From Auanema rhodensis (lineage: Eukaryota > Animalia > Nematoda), in the NCBI GenBank assembly GCA_964057225.1, contig OZ059900.1:18166001-18230000 (forward strand): 64,000 nucleotides of DNA, in the 5' to 3' direction. The notes beneath the pieces were generated by a model. It made no database searches and was not told where the DNA came from. It saw nothing but the letters and a program-made list of their open reading frames with translations. The translations under genes were made by a program, and so were the position numbers. Shown in pieces: positions 24,293 through 39,100 of this stretch. Position 1 is the first letter of the stretch. Each line of letters opens with the position of its first letter.

Positions 24293-27200
24293 CCACTTTC
24301 ACGACAAAAAAACAGGGGTTAGAAAATTAAGGAAATTAGCATATTCTGAGGGCACGCCCCCTTATGGCTAATATTGATTAAATCGATTTTTGTTCATATG
24401 AGTCGTCAAATGCAACGAATTTCAGCGTGTTACATACTAAAATGAAGCATTTTACATGCTGAACACTAGAAAAATACAAAAACACAGTATTTCCCATGAG
24501 AAATATTTTATTATGCTGGAAAACCAGTTTTTGGAAATTTCGCTGTAAACAAGGTTTTGACTTACGATTTCATGTGTTTAAACTCATGCAATGTCAATGA
24601 AACCTAGCTCAAAATTGTTAATACAATGTCTAGTTCCACTTTCACGACAAAAAAACAGGGGTTAGAAAATTAAGGAAATTAGCATATTCTGAGGGCACGC
24701 CCCTTATGGCTAATATTGATTAAATCGATTTTTGTTCATATGAGTCGTCAAATGCAACGAATTTCAGCGTGTTACATACTAAAATGAAGCATTTTACATG
24801 CTGAACACTAGAAAAATACAAAAACACAGTATTTCCCATGAGAAATATTTTATTATGCTGGAAAACCAGTTTTTGGAAATTTCGCTGTAAACAAGGTTTT
24901 GACTTACGATTTCATGTGTTCAAACTCATGCAATGTCAATGAAACCCAGCTCAAAATTGTTCGTACAACGTCTAGTTCCACTTTCACGACAAAAAAACAG
25001 GGGTTAGAAAATTAAGGAAATTAGCATATTCTGAGGGCACGCCCCTTATGGCTAATATTGATTAAATCGATTTTTGTTCATATGAGTCGTCAAATGCAAC
25101 GAATTTCAGCGTGTTACATACTAAAATGAAGCATTTTACATGCTGAACACTAGAAAAATACAAAAACACAGTATTTCCCATGAGAAATATTTTATTATGC
25201 TGGAAAACCAGTTTTTGGAAATTTCGCTGTAAACAAGGTTTTGACTTACGATTTCATGTGTTCAAACTCATGCAATGTCAATGAAACCTAGCTCAACATT
25301 GTTCGTACAACGTCTAGTTCCACTTTCACGACAAAAAAACAGGGGTTAGAAAATTAAGGAAATTAGCATATTCTGAGGGCACGCCCCTTATGGCTAATAT
25401 TGATTAAATCGATTTTTGTTCATATGAGTCGTCAAATGCAACGAATTTCAGCGTGTTACATACTAAAATGAAGCATTTTACATGCTGAACACTAGAAAAA
25501 TACAAAAACACAGTATTTCCCATGAGAAATATTTTATTATGCTGGAAAACCAGTTTTTGGAAATTTCGCTGTAAACAAGGTTTTGACTTACGATTTCATG
25601 TGTTCAAACTCATGCAATGTCAATGAAACCTAGCTCAAAATTGTTCCTACAACGTCTAGTTCCACTTTCACGACAAAAAAACAGGGGTTAGAAAATTAAG
25701 GAAATTAGCATATTCTGAGGGCACGCCCTTTATGGCTAATATTGATTAAATCGATTTTTGTTCATATGAGTCGTCAAATGCAACGAATTTCAGCGTGTTA
25801 CATACTAAAATGAAGCATTTCACATGCTGAACACTAGAAAAATACAAAAACACAGTATTTCCCATGAGAAATATTTTATTATGCTGGAAAACCAGTTTTT
25901 GGAAATTTCGCTGTAAACAAGGTTTTGACTTACGATTTCATGTGTTCAAACTCATGCAATGTCAATGAAACCTAGCTCAAAATTGTTCGTACAACGTCTG
26001 GTTCCACTTTCACGACAAAAAAACAGGGGTTAGAAAATTAAGGAAATTAGCATATTCTGAGGGCACGCCCCTTATGGCTAATATTGATTAAATCGATTTT
26101 TGTTCATATGAGTCGTCAAATGCAACGAATTTCAGCGTGTTACATACTAAAATGAAGCATTTTACATGCTGAACACTAGAAAAATACAAAAACACAGTAT
26201 TTCCCATGAGAAATATTTTATTATGCTGGAAAACCAGTTTTTGGAAATTTCGCTGTAAACAAGGTTTTGACTTACGATTTCATGTGTTCAAACTCATGCA
26301 ATGTCAATGAAACCTAGCTCAAAATTGTTCGTACAACGTCTAGTTCCACTTTCACGACAAAAAAACAGGGGTTAGAAAATTAAGGAAATTAGCATATTCT
26401 GAGGGCACGCCCCCTTATGGCTAATATTGATTAAATCGATTTTTGTTCATATGAGTCGTCAAATGCAACGAATTTCAGCGTGTTACATACTAAAATGAAG
26501 CATTTTACATGCTGAACACTAGAAAAATACAAAAACACAGTATTTCCCATGAGAAATATTTTATTATGCTGGAAAACCAGTTTTTGGAAATTTCGCTGTA
26601 AACAAGGTTTTGACTTACGATTTCATGTGTTTAAACTCATGCAATGTCAATGAAACCTAGCTCAAAATTGTTAATACAATGTCTAGTTCCACTTTCACGA
26701 CAAAAAAACAGGGGTTAGAAAATTAAGGAAATTAGCATATTCTGAGGGCACGCCCCTTATGGCTAATATTGATTAAATCGATTTTTGTTCATATGAGTCG
26801 TCAAATGCAACGAATTTCAGCGTGTTACATACTAAAATGAAGCATTTTACATGCTGAACACTAGAAAAATACAAAAACACAGTATTTCCCATGAGAAATA
26901 TTTTATTATGCTGGAAAACCAGTTTTTGGAAATTTCGCTGTAAACAAGGTTTTGACTTACGATTTCATGTGTTCAAACTCATGCAATGTCAATGAAACCC
27001 AGCTCAAAATTGTTCGTACAACGTCTAGTTCCACTTTCACGACAAAAAAACAGGGGTTAGAAAATTAAGGAAATTAGCATATTCTGAGGGCACGCCCCTT
27101 ATGGCTAATATTGATTAAATCGATTTTTGTTCATATGAGTCGTCAAATGCAACGAATTTCAGCGTGTTACATACTAAAATGAAGCATTTTACATGCTGAA

Positions 27201-30200
27201 CACTAGAAAAATACAAAAACACAGTATTTCCCATGAGAAATATTTTATTATGCTGGAAAACCAGTTTTTGGAAATTTCGCTGTAAACAAGGTTTTGACTT
27301 ACGATTTCATGTGTTCAAACTCATGCAATGTCAATGAAACCTAGCTCAAAATTGTTCGTACAACGTCTAGTTCCACTTTCACGACAAAAAAACAGGGGTT
27401 AGAAAATTAAGGAAATTAGCATATTCTGAGGGCACGCCCCTTATGGCTAATATTGATTAAATCGATTTTTGTTCATATGAGTCGTCAAATGCAATTAATT
27501 TCAGCGTGTCACATACTAAAATGAAGCATTTTACATGCTGAACACTAGAAAAATACAAAAACACAGTTTTTCCCATGAGAAATATTTTATTATGCTGGAA
27601 AACCAGTTTTTGAAAATATCGCTGTAAACAAGGTTTTGACTTACGATTTCATGTGTTCAAACTCATGCAATGTCAATGAAACCTAGCTCAAAATTGTTCC
27701 TACAACGTCTAGTTCCACTTTCACGACAAAAAAACAGGGGTTAGAAAATTAAGGAAATTAGCATATTCTGAGGGCACGCCCCTTATGGCTAATATTGATT
27801 AAATCGATTTTTGTTCATATGAGTCGTCAAATGCAACGAATTTCAGCGTGTTACATACTAAAATGAAGCATTTTACATGCTGAACACTAGAAAAATACAA
27901 AAACACAGTATTTCCCATGAGAAATATTTTATTATGCTGGAAAACCAGTTTTTGGAAATTTCGCTGTAAACAAGGTTTTGACTTACGATTTCATGTGTTC
28001 AAACTCATGCAATGTCAATGAAACCTAGCTCAAAATTGTTCCTACAACGTCTAGTTCCACTTTCACGACAAAAAAACAGGGGTTAGAAAATTAAGGAAAT
28101 TAGCATATTCTGAGGGCACGCCCTTTATGGCTAATATTGATTAAATCGATTTTTGTTCATATGAGTCGTCAAATGCAACGAATTTCAGCGTGTTACATAC
28201 TAAAATGAAGCATTTCACATGCTGAACACTAGAAAAATACAAAAACACAGTATTTCCCATGAGAAATATTTTATTATGCTGGAAAACCAGTTTTTGGAAA
28301 TTTCGCTGTAAACAAGGTTTTGACTTACGATTTCATGTGTTCAAACTCATGCAATGTCAATGAAACCTAGCTCAAAATTGTTCGTACAACGTCTAGTTCC
28401 ACTTTCACGACAAAAAAACAGGGGTTAGAAAATTAAGGAAATTAGCATATTCTGAGGGCACGCCCCTTATGGCTAATATTGATTAAATCGATTTTTGTTC
28501 ATATGAGTCGTCAAATGCAACGAATTTCAGCGTGTTACATACTAAAATGAAGCATTTTACATGCTGAACACTAGAAAAATACAAAAACACAGTATTTCCC
28601 ATGAGAAATATTTTATTATGCTGGAAAACCAGTTTTTGAAAATATCGCTGTAAACAAGGTTTTGACTTACGATTTCATGTGTTCAAACTCATGCAATGTC
28701 AATGAAACCTAGCTCAAAATTGTTCCTACAACGTCTAGTTCCACTTTCACGACAAAAAAACAGGGGTTAGAAAATTAAGGAAATTAGCATATTCTGAGGG
28801 CACGCCCCTTATGGCTAATATTGATTAAATCGATTTTTGTTCATATGAGTCGTCAAATGCAACGAATTTCAGCGTGTTACATACTAAAATGAAGCATTTT
28901 ACATGCTGAACACTAGAAAAATACAAAAACACAGTATTTCCCATGAGAAATATTTTATTATGCTGGAAAACCAGTTTTTGGAAATTTCGCTGTAAACAAG
29001 GTTTTGACTTACGATTTCATGTGTTCAAACTCATGCAATGTCAATGAAACCTAGCTCAAAATTGTTCCTACAACGTCTAGTTCCACTTTCACGACAAAAA
29101 AACAGGGGTTAGAAAATTAAGGAAATTAGCATATTCTGAGGGCACGCCCTTTATGGCTAATATTGATTAAATCGATTTTTGTTCATATGAGTCGTCAAAT
29201 GCAACGAATTTCAGCGTGTTACATACTCAAATGAAGCATTTCACATGCTGAACACTAGAAAAATACAAAAACACAGTATTTCCCATGAGAAATATTTTAT
29301 TATGCTGGAAAACCAGTTTTTGGAAATTTCGCTGTAAACAAGGTTTTGACTTACGATTTCATGTGTTCAAACTCATGCAATGTCAATGAAACCTAGCTCA
29401 AAATTGTTCGTACAACGTCTAGTTCCACTTTCACGACAAAAAAACAGGGGTTAGAAAATTAAGGAAATTAGCATATTCTGAGGGCACGCCCCTTATGGCT
29501 AATATTGATTAAATCGATTTTTGTTCATATGAGTCGTCAAATGCAACAAATTTCAGCGTGTTACATACTAAAATGAAGCATTTTACATGCTGAACACTAG
29601 AAAAATACAAAAACACAGTAATACCCATGAGAAATATTTTATTATGCTGGAAAACCAGTTTTTGGAAATTTCGCTGTAAACAAGGTTTTGACTTACGATT
29701 TCATGTGTTCAAACTCATGCAATGTCAATGAAACCTAGCTCAAAATTGTTCGTACAACGTCTAGTTCCACTTTCACGACAAAAAAACAGGGGTTAGAAAA
29801 TTAAGGAAATTAGCATATTCTGAGGGCACGCCCCCTTATGGCTAATATTGATTAAATCGATTTTTGTTCATATGAGTCGTCAAATGCAACGAATTTCAGC
29901 GTGTTACATACTAAAATGAAGCATTTTACATGCTGAACACTAGAAAAATACAAAAACACAGTATTTCCCATGAGAAATATTTTATTATGCTGGAAAACCA
30001 GTTTTTGGAAATTTCGCTGTAAACAAGGTTTTGACTTACGATTTCATGTGTTCAAACTCATGCAATGTCAATGAAACCCAGCTCAAAATTGTTCGTACAA
30101 CGTCTAGTTCCACTTTCACGACAAAAAAACAGGGGTTAGAAAATTAAGGAAATTAGCATATTCTGAGGGCACGCCCCTTATGGCTAATATTGATTAAATC

Positions 30201-33200
30201 GATTTTTGTTCATATGAGTCGTCAAATGCAACGAATTTCAGCGTGTTACATACTAAAATGAAGCATTTTACATGCTGAACACTAGAAAAATACAAAAACA
30301 CAGTATTTCCCATGAGAATTATTTTATTATGCTGGAAAACCAGTTTTTGGAAATTTCGCTGTAAACAAGGTTTTGACTTACGATTTCATGTGTTCAAACT
30401 CATGCAATGTCAATGAAACCTAGCTCAAAATTGTTCGTACAACGTCTAGTTCCACTTTCACGACAAAAAAACAGGGGTTAGAAAATTAAGGAAATTAGCA
30501 TATTCTGAGGGCACGCCCCTTATGGCTAATATTGATTAAATCGATTTTTGTTCATATGAGTCGTCAAATGCAACGAATTTCAGCGTGTTACATACTAAAA
30601 TGAAGCATTTTACATGCTGAACACTAGAAAAATACAAAAACACAGTATTTCCCATGAGAAATATTTTATTATGCTGGAAAACCAGTTTTTGAAAATTTCG
30701 CTGTAAACAAGGTTTTGACTTACGATTTCATGTGTTCAAACTCATGCAATGTCAATGAAACCTAGCTCAAAATTGTTCCTACAACGTCTAGTTCCACTTT
30801 CACGACAAAAAAACAGGGGTTAGAAAATTAAGGAAATTAGCATATTCTGAGGGCACGCCCTTTATGGCTAATATTGATTAAATCGATTTTTGTTCATATG
30901 AGTCGTCAAATGCAACGAATTTCAGCGTGTTACATACTAAAATGAAGCATTTTACATGCTGAACACTAGAAAAATACAAAAACACAGTATTTCCCATGAG
31001 AAATATTTTATTATGCTGGAAAACCAGTTTTTGGAAATTTCGCTGTAAACAAGGTTTTGACTTACGATTTCATGTGTTCAAACTCATGCAATGTCAATGA
31101 AACCTAGCTCAAAATTGTTCGTACAACGTCTAGTTCCACTTTCACGACAAAAAAACAGGGGTTAGAAAATTAAGGAAATTAGCATATTCTGAGGGCACGC
31201 CCCTTATGGCTAATATTGATTAAATCGATTTTTGTTCATATGAGTCGTCAAATGCAACGAATTTCAGCGTGTTACGTACTAAAATGAAGCATTTTACATG
31301 CTGAACACTAGAAAAATACAAAAACACAGTATTTCCCATGAGAAATATTTTATTATGCTGGAAAACCAGTTTTTGGAAATTTCGCTGTAAACAAGGTTTT
31401 GACTTACGATTTCATGTGTTCAAACTCATGCAATGTCAATGAAACCTAGCTCAAAATTGTTCCTACAACGTCTAGTTCCACTTTCACGACAAAAAAACAG
31501 GGGTTAGAAAATTAAGGAAATTAGCATATTCTGAGGGCACGCCCTTTATGGCTAATATTGATTAAATCGATTTTTGTTCATATGAGTCGTCAAATGCAAC
31601 GAATTTCAGCGTGTTACATACTAAAATGAAGCATTTTACATGCTGAACACTAGAAAAATACAAAAACACAGTATTTCCCATGAGAAATATTTTATTATGC
31701 TGGAAAACCAGTTTTTGGAAATTTCGCTGTAAACAAGGTTTTGACTTACGATTTCATGTGTTCAAACTCATGCAATGTCAATGAAACCTAGCTCAAAATT
31801 GTTCGTACAACGTCTAGTTCCACTTTTACGACAAAAAAACAGGGGTTAGAAAATTAAGGAAATTAGCATATTCTGAGGGCACGCCCCTTATGGCTAATAT
31901 TGATTAAATCGATTTTTGTTCATATGAGTCGTCAAATGCAACGAATTTCAGCGTGTTACATACTAAAATGAAGCATTTTACATGCTGAACACTAGAAAAA
32001 TACAAAAACACAGTATTTCCCATGAGAAATATTTTATTATGCTGGAAAACCAGTTTTTGGAAATTTCCCTGTAAACAAGGTTTTGACTTACGATTTCATG
32101 TGTTCAAACTCATGCAATGTCAATGAAACCTAGCTCAAAATTGTTCGTACAACGTCTAGTTCCACTTTCACGACAAAAAAACAGGGGTTAGAAAATTAAG
32201 GAAATTAGCATATTCTGAGGGCACGCCCCTTATGGCTAATATTGATTAAATCGATTTTTGTTCATATGAGTCGTCAAATGCAACGAATTTCAGCGTGTTA
32301 CATACTAAAATGAAGCATTTTACATGCTGAACACTAGAAAAATACAAAAACACAGTATTTCCCATGAGAAATATTTTATTATGCTGGAAAACCAGTTTTT
32401 GGAAATTTCGCTGTAAACAAGGTTTTGACTTACGATTTCATGTGTTCAAACTCATGCAATGTCAATGAAACCTAGCTCAAAATTGTTCGTACAACGTCTA
32501 GTTCCACTTTCACGACAAAAAAACAGGGGTTAGAAAATTAAGGAAATTAGCATATTCTGAGGGCACGCCCCTTATGGCTAATATTGATTAAATCGATTTT
32601 TGTTCATATGAGTCGTCAAATGCAACGAATTTCAGCGTGTTACATACTAAAATGAAGCATTTTACATGCTGAACACTAGAAAAATACAAAAACACAGTAT
32701 TTCCCATGAGAAATATTTTATTATGCTGGAAAACCAGTTTTTGAAAATTTCGCTGTAAACAAGGTTTTGACTTACGATTTCATGTGTTCAAACTCATGCA
32801 ATGTCAATGAAACCTAGCTCAAAATTGTTCCTACAACGTCTAGTTCCACTTTCACGACAAAAAAACAGGGGTTAGAAAATTAAGGAAATTAGCATATTCT
32901 GAGGGCACGCCCTTTATGGCTAATATTGATTAAATCGATTTTTGTTCATATGAGTCGTCAAATGCAACGAATTTCAGCGTGTTACATACTAAAATGAAGC
33001 ATTTTACATGCTGAACACTAGAAAAATACAAAAACACAGTATTTCCCATGAGAAATATTTTATTATGCTGGAAAACCAGTTTTTGGAAATTTCGCTGTAA
33101 ACAAGGTTTTGACTTACGATTTCATGTGTTCAAACTCATGCAATGTCAATGAAACCTAGCTCAAAATTGTTCGTACAACGTCTAGTTCCACTTTCACGAC

Positions 33201-35923
33201 AAAAAAACAGGGGTTAGAAAATTAAGGAAATTAGCATATTCTGAGGGCACGCCCCTTATGGCTAATATTGATTAAATCGATTTTTGTTCATATGAGTCGT
33301 CAAATGCAACGAATTTCAGCGTGTTACGTACTAAAATGAAGCATTTTACATGCTGAACACTAGAAAAATACAAAAACACAGTATTTCCCATGAGAAATAT
33401 TTTATTATGCTGGAAAACCAGTTTTTGGAAATTTCGCTGTAAACAAGGTTTTGACTTACGATTTCATGTGTTCAAACTCATGCAATGTCAATGAAACCTA
33501 GCTCAAAATTGTTCCTACAACGTCTAGTTCCACTTTCACGACAAAAAAACAGGGGTTAGAAAATTAAGGAAATTAGCATATTCTGAGGGCACGCCCTTTA
33601 TGGCTAATATTGATTAAATCGATTTTTGTTCATATGAGTCGTCAAATGCAACGAATTTCAGCGTGTTACATACTAAAATGAAGCATTTTACATGCTGAAC
33701 ACTAGAAAAATACAAAAACACAGTATTTCCCATGAGAAATATTTTATTATGCTGGAAAACCAGTTTTTGGAAATTTCGCTGTAAACAAGGTTTTGACTTA
33801 CGATTTCATGTGTTCAAACTCATGCAATGTCAATGAAACCTAGCTCAAAATTGTTCGTACAACGTCTAGTTCCACTTTTACGACAAAAAAACAGGGGTTA
33901 GAAAATTAAGGAAATTAGCATATTCTGAGGGCACGCCCCTTATGGCTAATATTGATTAAATCGATTTTTGTTCATATGAGTCGTCAAATGCAACGAATTT
34001 CAGCGTGTTACATACTAAAATGAAGCATTTTACATGCTGAACACTAGAAAAATACAAAAACACAGTATTTCCCATGAGAAATATTTTATTATGCTGGAAA
34101 ACCAGTTTTTGGAAATTTCGCTGTAAACAAGGTTTTGACTTACGATTTCATGTGTTCAAACTCATGCAATGTCAATGAAACCTAGCTCAAAATTGTTCGT
34201 ACAACGTCTAGTTCCACTTTCACGACAAAAAAACAGGGGTTAGAAAATTAAGGAAATTAGCATATTCTGAGGGCACGCCCCTTATGGCTAATATTGATTA
34301 AATCGATTTTTGTTCATATGAGTCGTCAAATGCAACGAATTTCAGCGTGTTACGTACTAAAATGAAGCATTTTACATGCTGAACACTAGAAAAATACAAA
34401 AACACAGTATTTCCCATGAGAAATATTTTATTATGCTGGAAAACCAGTTTTTGGAAATTTCGCTGTAAACAAGGTTTTGACTTACGATTTCATGTGTTCA
34501 AACTCATGCAATGTCAATGAAACCTAGCTCAAAATTGTTCCTACAACGTCTAGTTCCACTTTCACGACAAAAAAACAGGGGTTAGAAAATTAAGGAAATT
34601 AGCATATTCTGAGGGCACGCCCTTTATGGCTAATATTGATTAAATCGATTTTTGTTCATATGAGTCGTCAAATGCAACGAATTTCAGCGTGTTACATACT
34701 AAAATGAAGCATTTTACATGCTGAACACTAGAAAAATACAAAAACACAGTATTTCCCATGAGAAATATTTTATTATGCTGGAAAACCAGTTTTTGGAAAT
34801 TTCGCTGTAAACAAGGTTTTGACTTACGATTTCATGTGTTCAAACTCATGCAATGTCAATGAAACCTAGCTCAAAATTGTTCGTACAACGTCTAGTTCCA
34901 CTTTCACGACAAAAAAACAGGGGTTAGAAAATTAAGGAAATTAGCATATTCTGAGGGCACGCCCCTTATGGCTAATATTGATTAAATCGATTTTTGTTCA
35001 TATGAGTCGTCAAATGCAACGAATTTCAGCGTGTTACATACTAAAATGAAGCATTTTACATGCTGAACACTAGAAAGATACAAAAACACAGTATTTCCCA
35101 TGAGAATAATTTTATTATGCTGGAAAACCAGTTTTTGGAAATTTCGCTGTAAACAAGGTTTTGACTTACGATTTCATGTGTTCAAACTCATGCAATGTCA
35201 ATGAAACCTAGCTCAAAATTGTTCGTACAACGTCTAGTTCCACTTTTACGACAAAAAAACAGGGGTTAGAAAATTAAGGAAATTAGCATATTCTGAGGGC
35301 ACGCCCCTTATGGCTAATATTGATTAAATCGATTTTTGTTCATATGAGTCGTCAAATGCAACGAATTTCAGCGTGTTACATACTAAAATGAAGCATTTTA
35401 CATGCTGAACACTAGAAAAATACAAAAACACAGTATTTCCCATGAGAAATATTTTATTATGCTGGAAAACCAGTTTTTGGAAATTTCGCTGTAAACAAGG
35501 TTTTGACTTACGATTTCATGTGTTCAAACTCATGCAATGTCAATGAAACCTAGCTCAAAATTGTTCGTACAACGACTAGTTCCACTTTCACGACAAAAAA
35601 ACAGGGGTTAGAAAATTAAGGAAATTAGCATATTCTGAGGGCACGCCCCTTATGGCTAATATTGATTAAATCGATTTTTGTTCATATGAGTCGTCAAATG
35701 CAACGAATTTCAGCGTGTTACATACTAAAATGAAGCATTTTACATGCTGAACACTAGAAAAATACAAAAACACAGTATTTCCCATGAGAAATATTTTATT
35801 ATGCTGGAAAACCAGTTTTTGAAAATTTCGCTGTAAACAAGGTTTTGACTTACGATTTCATGTGTTCAAACTCATGCAATGTCAATGAAACCTAGCTCAA
35901 AATTGTTCCTACAACGTCTAGTT

Positions 35924-36124
35924 CCACTTTCACGACAAAAAAACATGCTGAACACTAGAAAAATACAAAAACACAGTATTTCCCATGAGAATTATTTTAT
36001 TATGCTGGAAAACCAGTTTTTGGAAATTTCGCTGTAAACAAGGATTTGACTTACGATTTCATGTGTTCAAACTCATGCAATGTCAATGAAACCTAGCTCA
36101 AAATTGTTCGTACAACGTCTAGTT
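35924..36124. repeat. Truncated 201-bp monomer (141-bp internal deletion, p23-163)
   Basis: Junction reads GACAAAAAAACA|TGCTGAACAC at about 35945, with ACA shared by both ends. The next monomer starts at 36125. Confidence 0.96.
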
Positions 36125-39100
36125 CCACTTTCACGACAAAAAAACAGGGGTTAGAAAATTAAGGAAATTAGCATATTCTGAGGGCACGCCCCTTATGGCT
36201 AATATTGATTAAATCGATTTTTGTTCATATGAGTCGTCAAATGCAACGAATTTCAGCGTGTTACATACTAAAATGAAGCATTTTACATGCTGAACACTAG
36301 AAAAATACAAAAACACAGTATTTCCCATGAGAAATATTTTATTATGCTGGAAAACCAGTTTTTGAAAATTTCGCTGTAAACAAGGTTTTGACTTACGATT
36401 TCATGTGTTCAAACTCATGCAATGTCAATGAAACCTAGCTCAAAATTGTTCCTACAACGTCTAGTTCCACTTTCACGACAAAAAAACAGGGGTTAGAAAA
36501 TTAAGGAAATTAGCATATTCTGAGGGCACGCCCTTTATGGCTAATATTGATTAAATCGATTTTTGTTCATATGAGTCGTCAAATGCAACGAATTTCAGCG
36601 TGTTACATACTCAAATGAAGCATTTTACATGCTGAACACTAGAAAAATACAAAAACACAGTATTTCCCATGAGAAATATTTTATTATGCTGGAAAACCAG
36701 TTTTTGGAAATTTCGCTGTAAACAAGGTTTTGACTTACGATTTCATGTGTTCAAACTCATGCAATGTCAATGAAACCTAGCTCAAAATTGTTCGTACAAC
36801 GTCTAGTTCCACTTTCACGACAAAAAAACAGGGGTTAGAAAATTAAGGAAATTAGCATATTCTGAGGGCACGCCCCTTATGGCTAATATTGATTAAATCG
36901 ATTTTTGTTCATATGAGTCGTCAAATGCAACGAATTTCAGCGTGTTACGTACTAAAATGAAGCATTTTACATGCTGAACACTAGAAAAATACAAAAACAC
37001 AGTATTTCCCATGAGAAATATTTTATTATGCTGGAAAACCAGTTTTTGGAAATTTCGCTGTAAACAAGGTTTTGACTTACGATTTCATGTGTTCAAACTC
37101 ATGCAATGTCAATGAAACCTAGCTCAAAATTGTTCCTACAACGTCTAGTTCCACTTTCACGACAAAAAAACAGGGGTTAGAAAATTAAGGAAATTAGCAT
37201 ATTCTGAGGGCACGCCCTTTATGGCTAATATTGATTAAATCGATTTTTGTTCATATGAGTCGTCAAATGCAACGAATTTCAGCGTGTTACATACTAAAAT
37301 GAAGCATTTTACATGCTGAACACTAGAAAAATACAAAAACACAGTATTTCCCATGAGAAATATTTTATTATGCTGGAAAACCAGTTTTTGGAAATTTCGC
37401 TGTAAACAAGGTTTTGACTTACGATTTCATGTGTTCAAACTCATGCAATGTCAATGAAACCTAGCTCAAAATTGTTCGTACAACGTCTAGTTCCACTTTC
37501 ACGACAAAAAAACAGGGGTTAGAAAATTAAGGAAATTAGCATATTCTGAGGGCACGCCCCTTATGGCTAATATTGATTAAATCGATTTTTGTTCATATGA
37601 GTCGTCAAATGCAACGAATTTCAGCGTGTTACATACTAAAATGAAGCATTTTACATGCTGAACACTAGAAAAATACAAAAACACAGTATTTCCCATGAGA
37701 ATAATTTTATTATGCTGGAAAACCAGTTTTTGGAAATTTCGCTGTAAACAAGGTTTTGACTTACGATTTCATGTGTTCAAACTCATGCAATGTCAATGAA
37801 ACCTAGCTCAAAATTGTTCGTACAACGTCTAGTTCCACTTTTACGACAAAAAAACAGGGGTTAGAAAATTAAGGAAATTAGCATATTCTGAGGGCACGCC
37901 CCTTATGGCTAATATTGATTAAATCGATTTTTGTTCATATGAGTCGTCAAATGCAACGAATTTCAGCGTGTTACATACTAAAATGAAGCATTTTACATGC
38001 TGAACACTAGAAAAATACAAAAACACAGTATTTCCCATGAGAAATATTTTATTATGCTGGAAAACCAGTTTTTGGAAATTTCGCTGTAAACAAGGTTTTG
38101 ACTTACGATTTCATGTGTTCAAACTCATGCAATGTCAATGAAACCTAGCTCAAAATTGTTCGTACAACGACTAGTTCCACTTTCACGACAAAAAAACAGG
38201 GGTTAGAAAATTAAGGAAATTAGCATATTCTGAGGGCACGCCCCTTATGGCTAATATTGATTAAATCGATTTTTGTTCATATGAGTCGTCAAATGCAACG
38301 AATTTCAGCGTGTTACATACTAAAATGAAGCATTTTACATGCTGAACACTAGAAAAATACAAAAACACAGTATTTCCCATGAGAAATATTTTATTATGCT
38401 GGAAAACCAGTTTTTGAAAATTTCGCTGTAAACAAGGTTTTGACTTACGATTTCATGTGTTCAAACTCATGCAATGTCAATGAAACCTAGCTCAAAATTG
38501 TTCCTACAACGTCTAGTTCCACTTTCACGACAAAAAAACAGGGGTTAGAAAATTAAGGAAATTAGCATATTCTGAGGGCACGCCCTTTATGGCTAATATT
38601 GATTAAATCGATTTTTGTTCATATGAGTCGTCAAATGCAACGAATTTCAGCGTGTTACATACTCAAATGAAGCATTTTACATGCTGAACACTAGAAAAAT
38701 ACAAAAACACAGTATTTCCCATGAGAAATATTTTATTATGCTGGAAAACCAGTTTTTGGAAATTTCGCTGTAAACAAGGTTTTGACTTACGATTTCATGT
38801 GTTCAAACTCATGCAATGTCAATGAAACCTAGCTCAAAATTGTTCGTACAACGTCTAGTTCCACTTTCACGACAAAAAAACAGGGGTTAGAAAATTAAGG
38901 AAATTAGCATATTCTGAGGGCACGCCCCTTATGGCTAATATTGATTAAATCGATTTTTGTTCATATGAGTCGTCAAATGCAACGAATTTCAGCGTGTTAC
39001 GTACTAAAATGAAGCATTTTACATGCTGAACACTAGAAAAATACAAAAACACAGTATTTCCCATGAGAAATATTTTATTATGCTGGAAAACCAGTTTTTG

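Larger units (their letters stand above)
19156..25661. repeat. Tandem duplication of a 3253-bp, 10-monomer unit
   Basis: Rare markers recur at +3253: CACGACCTTT (19220/22473), CAAATACAAC (20300/23553), the 168-bp deletion (20866/24119) and CTCAACATT (22044/25297). Edges are uncertain by about 200 bp. Confidence 0.93.
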
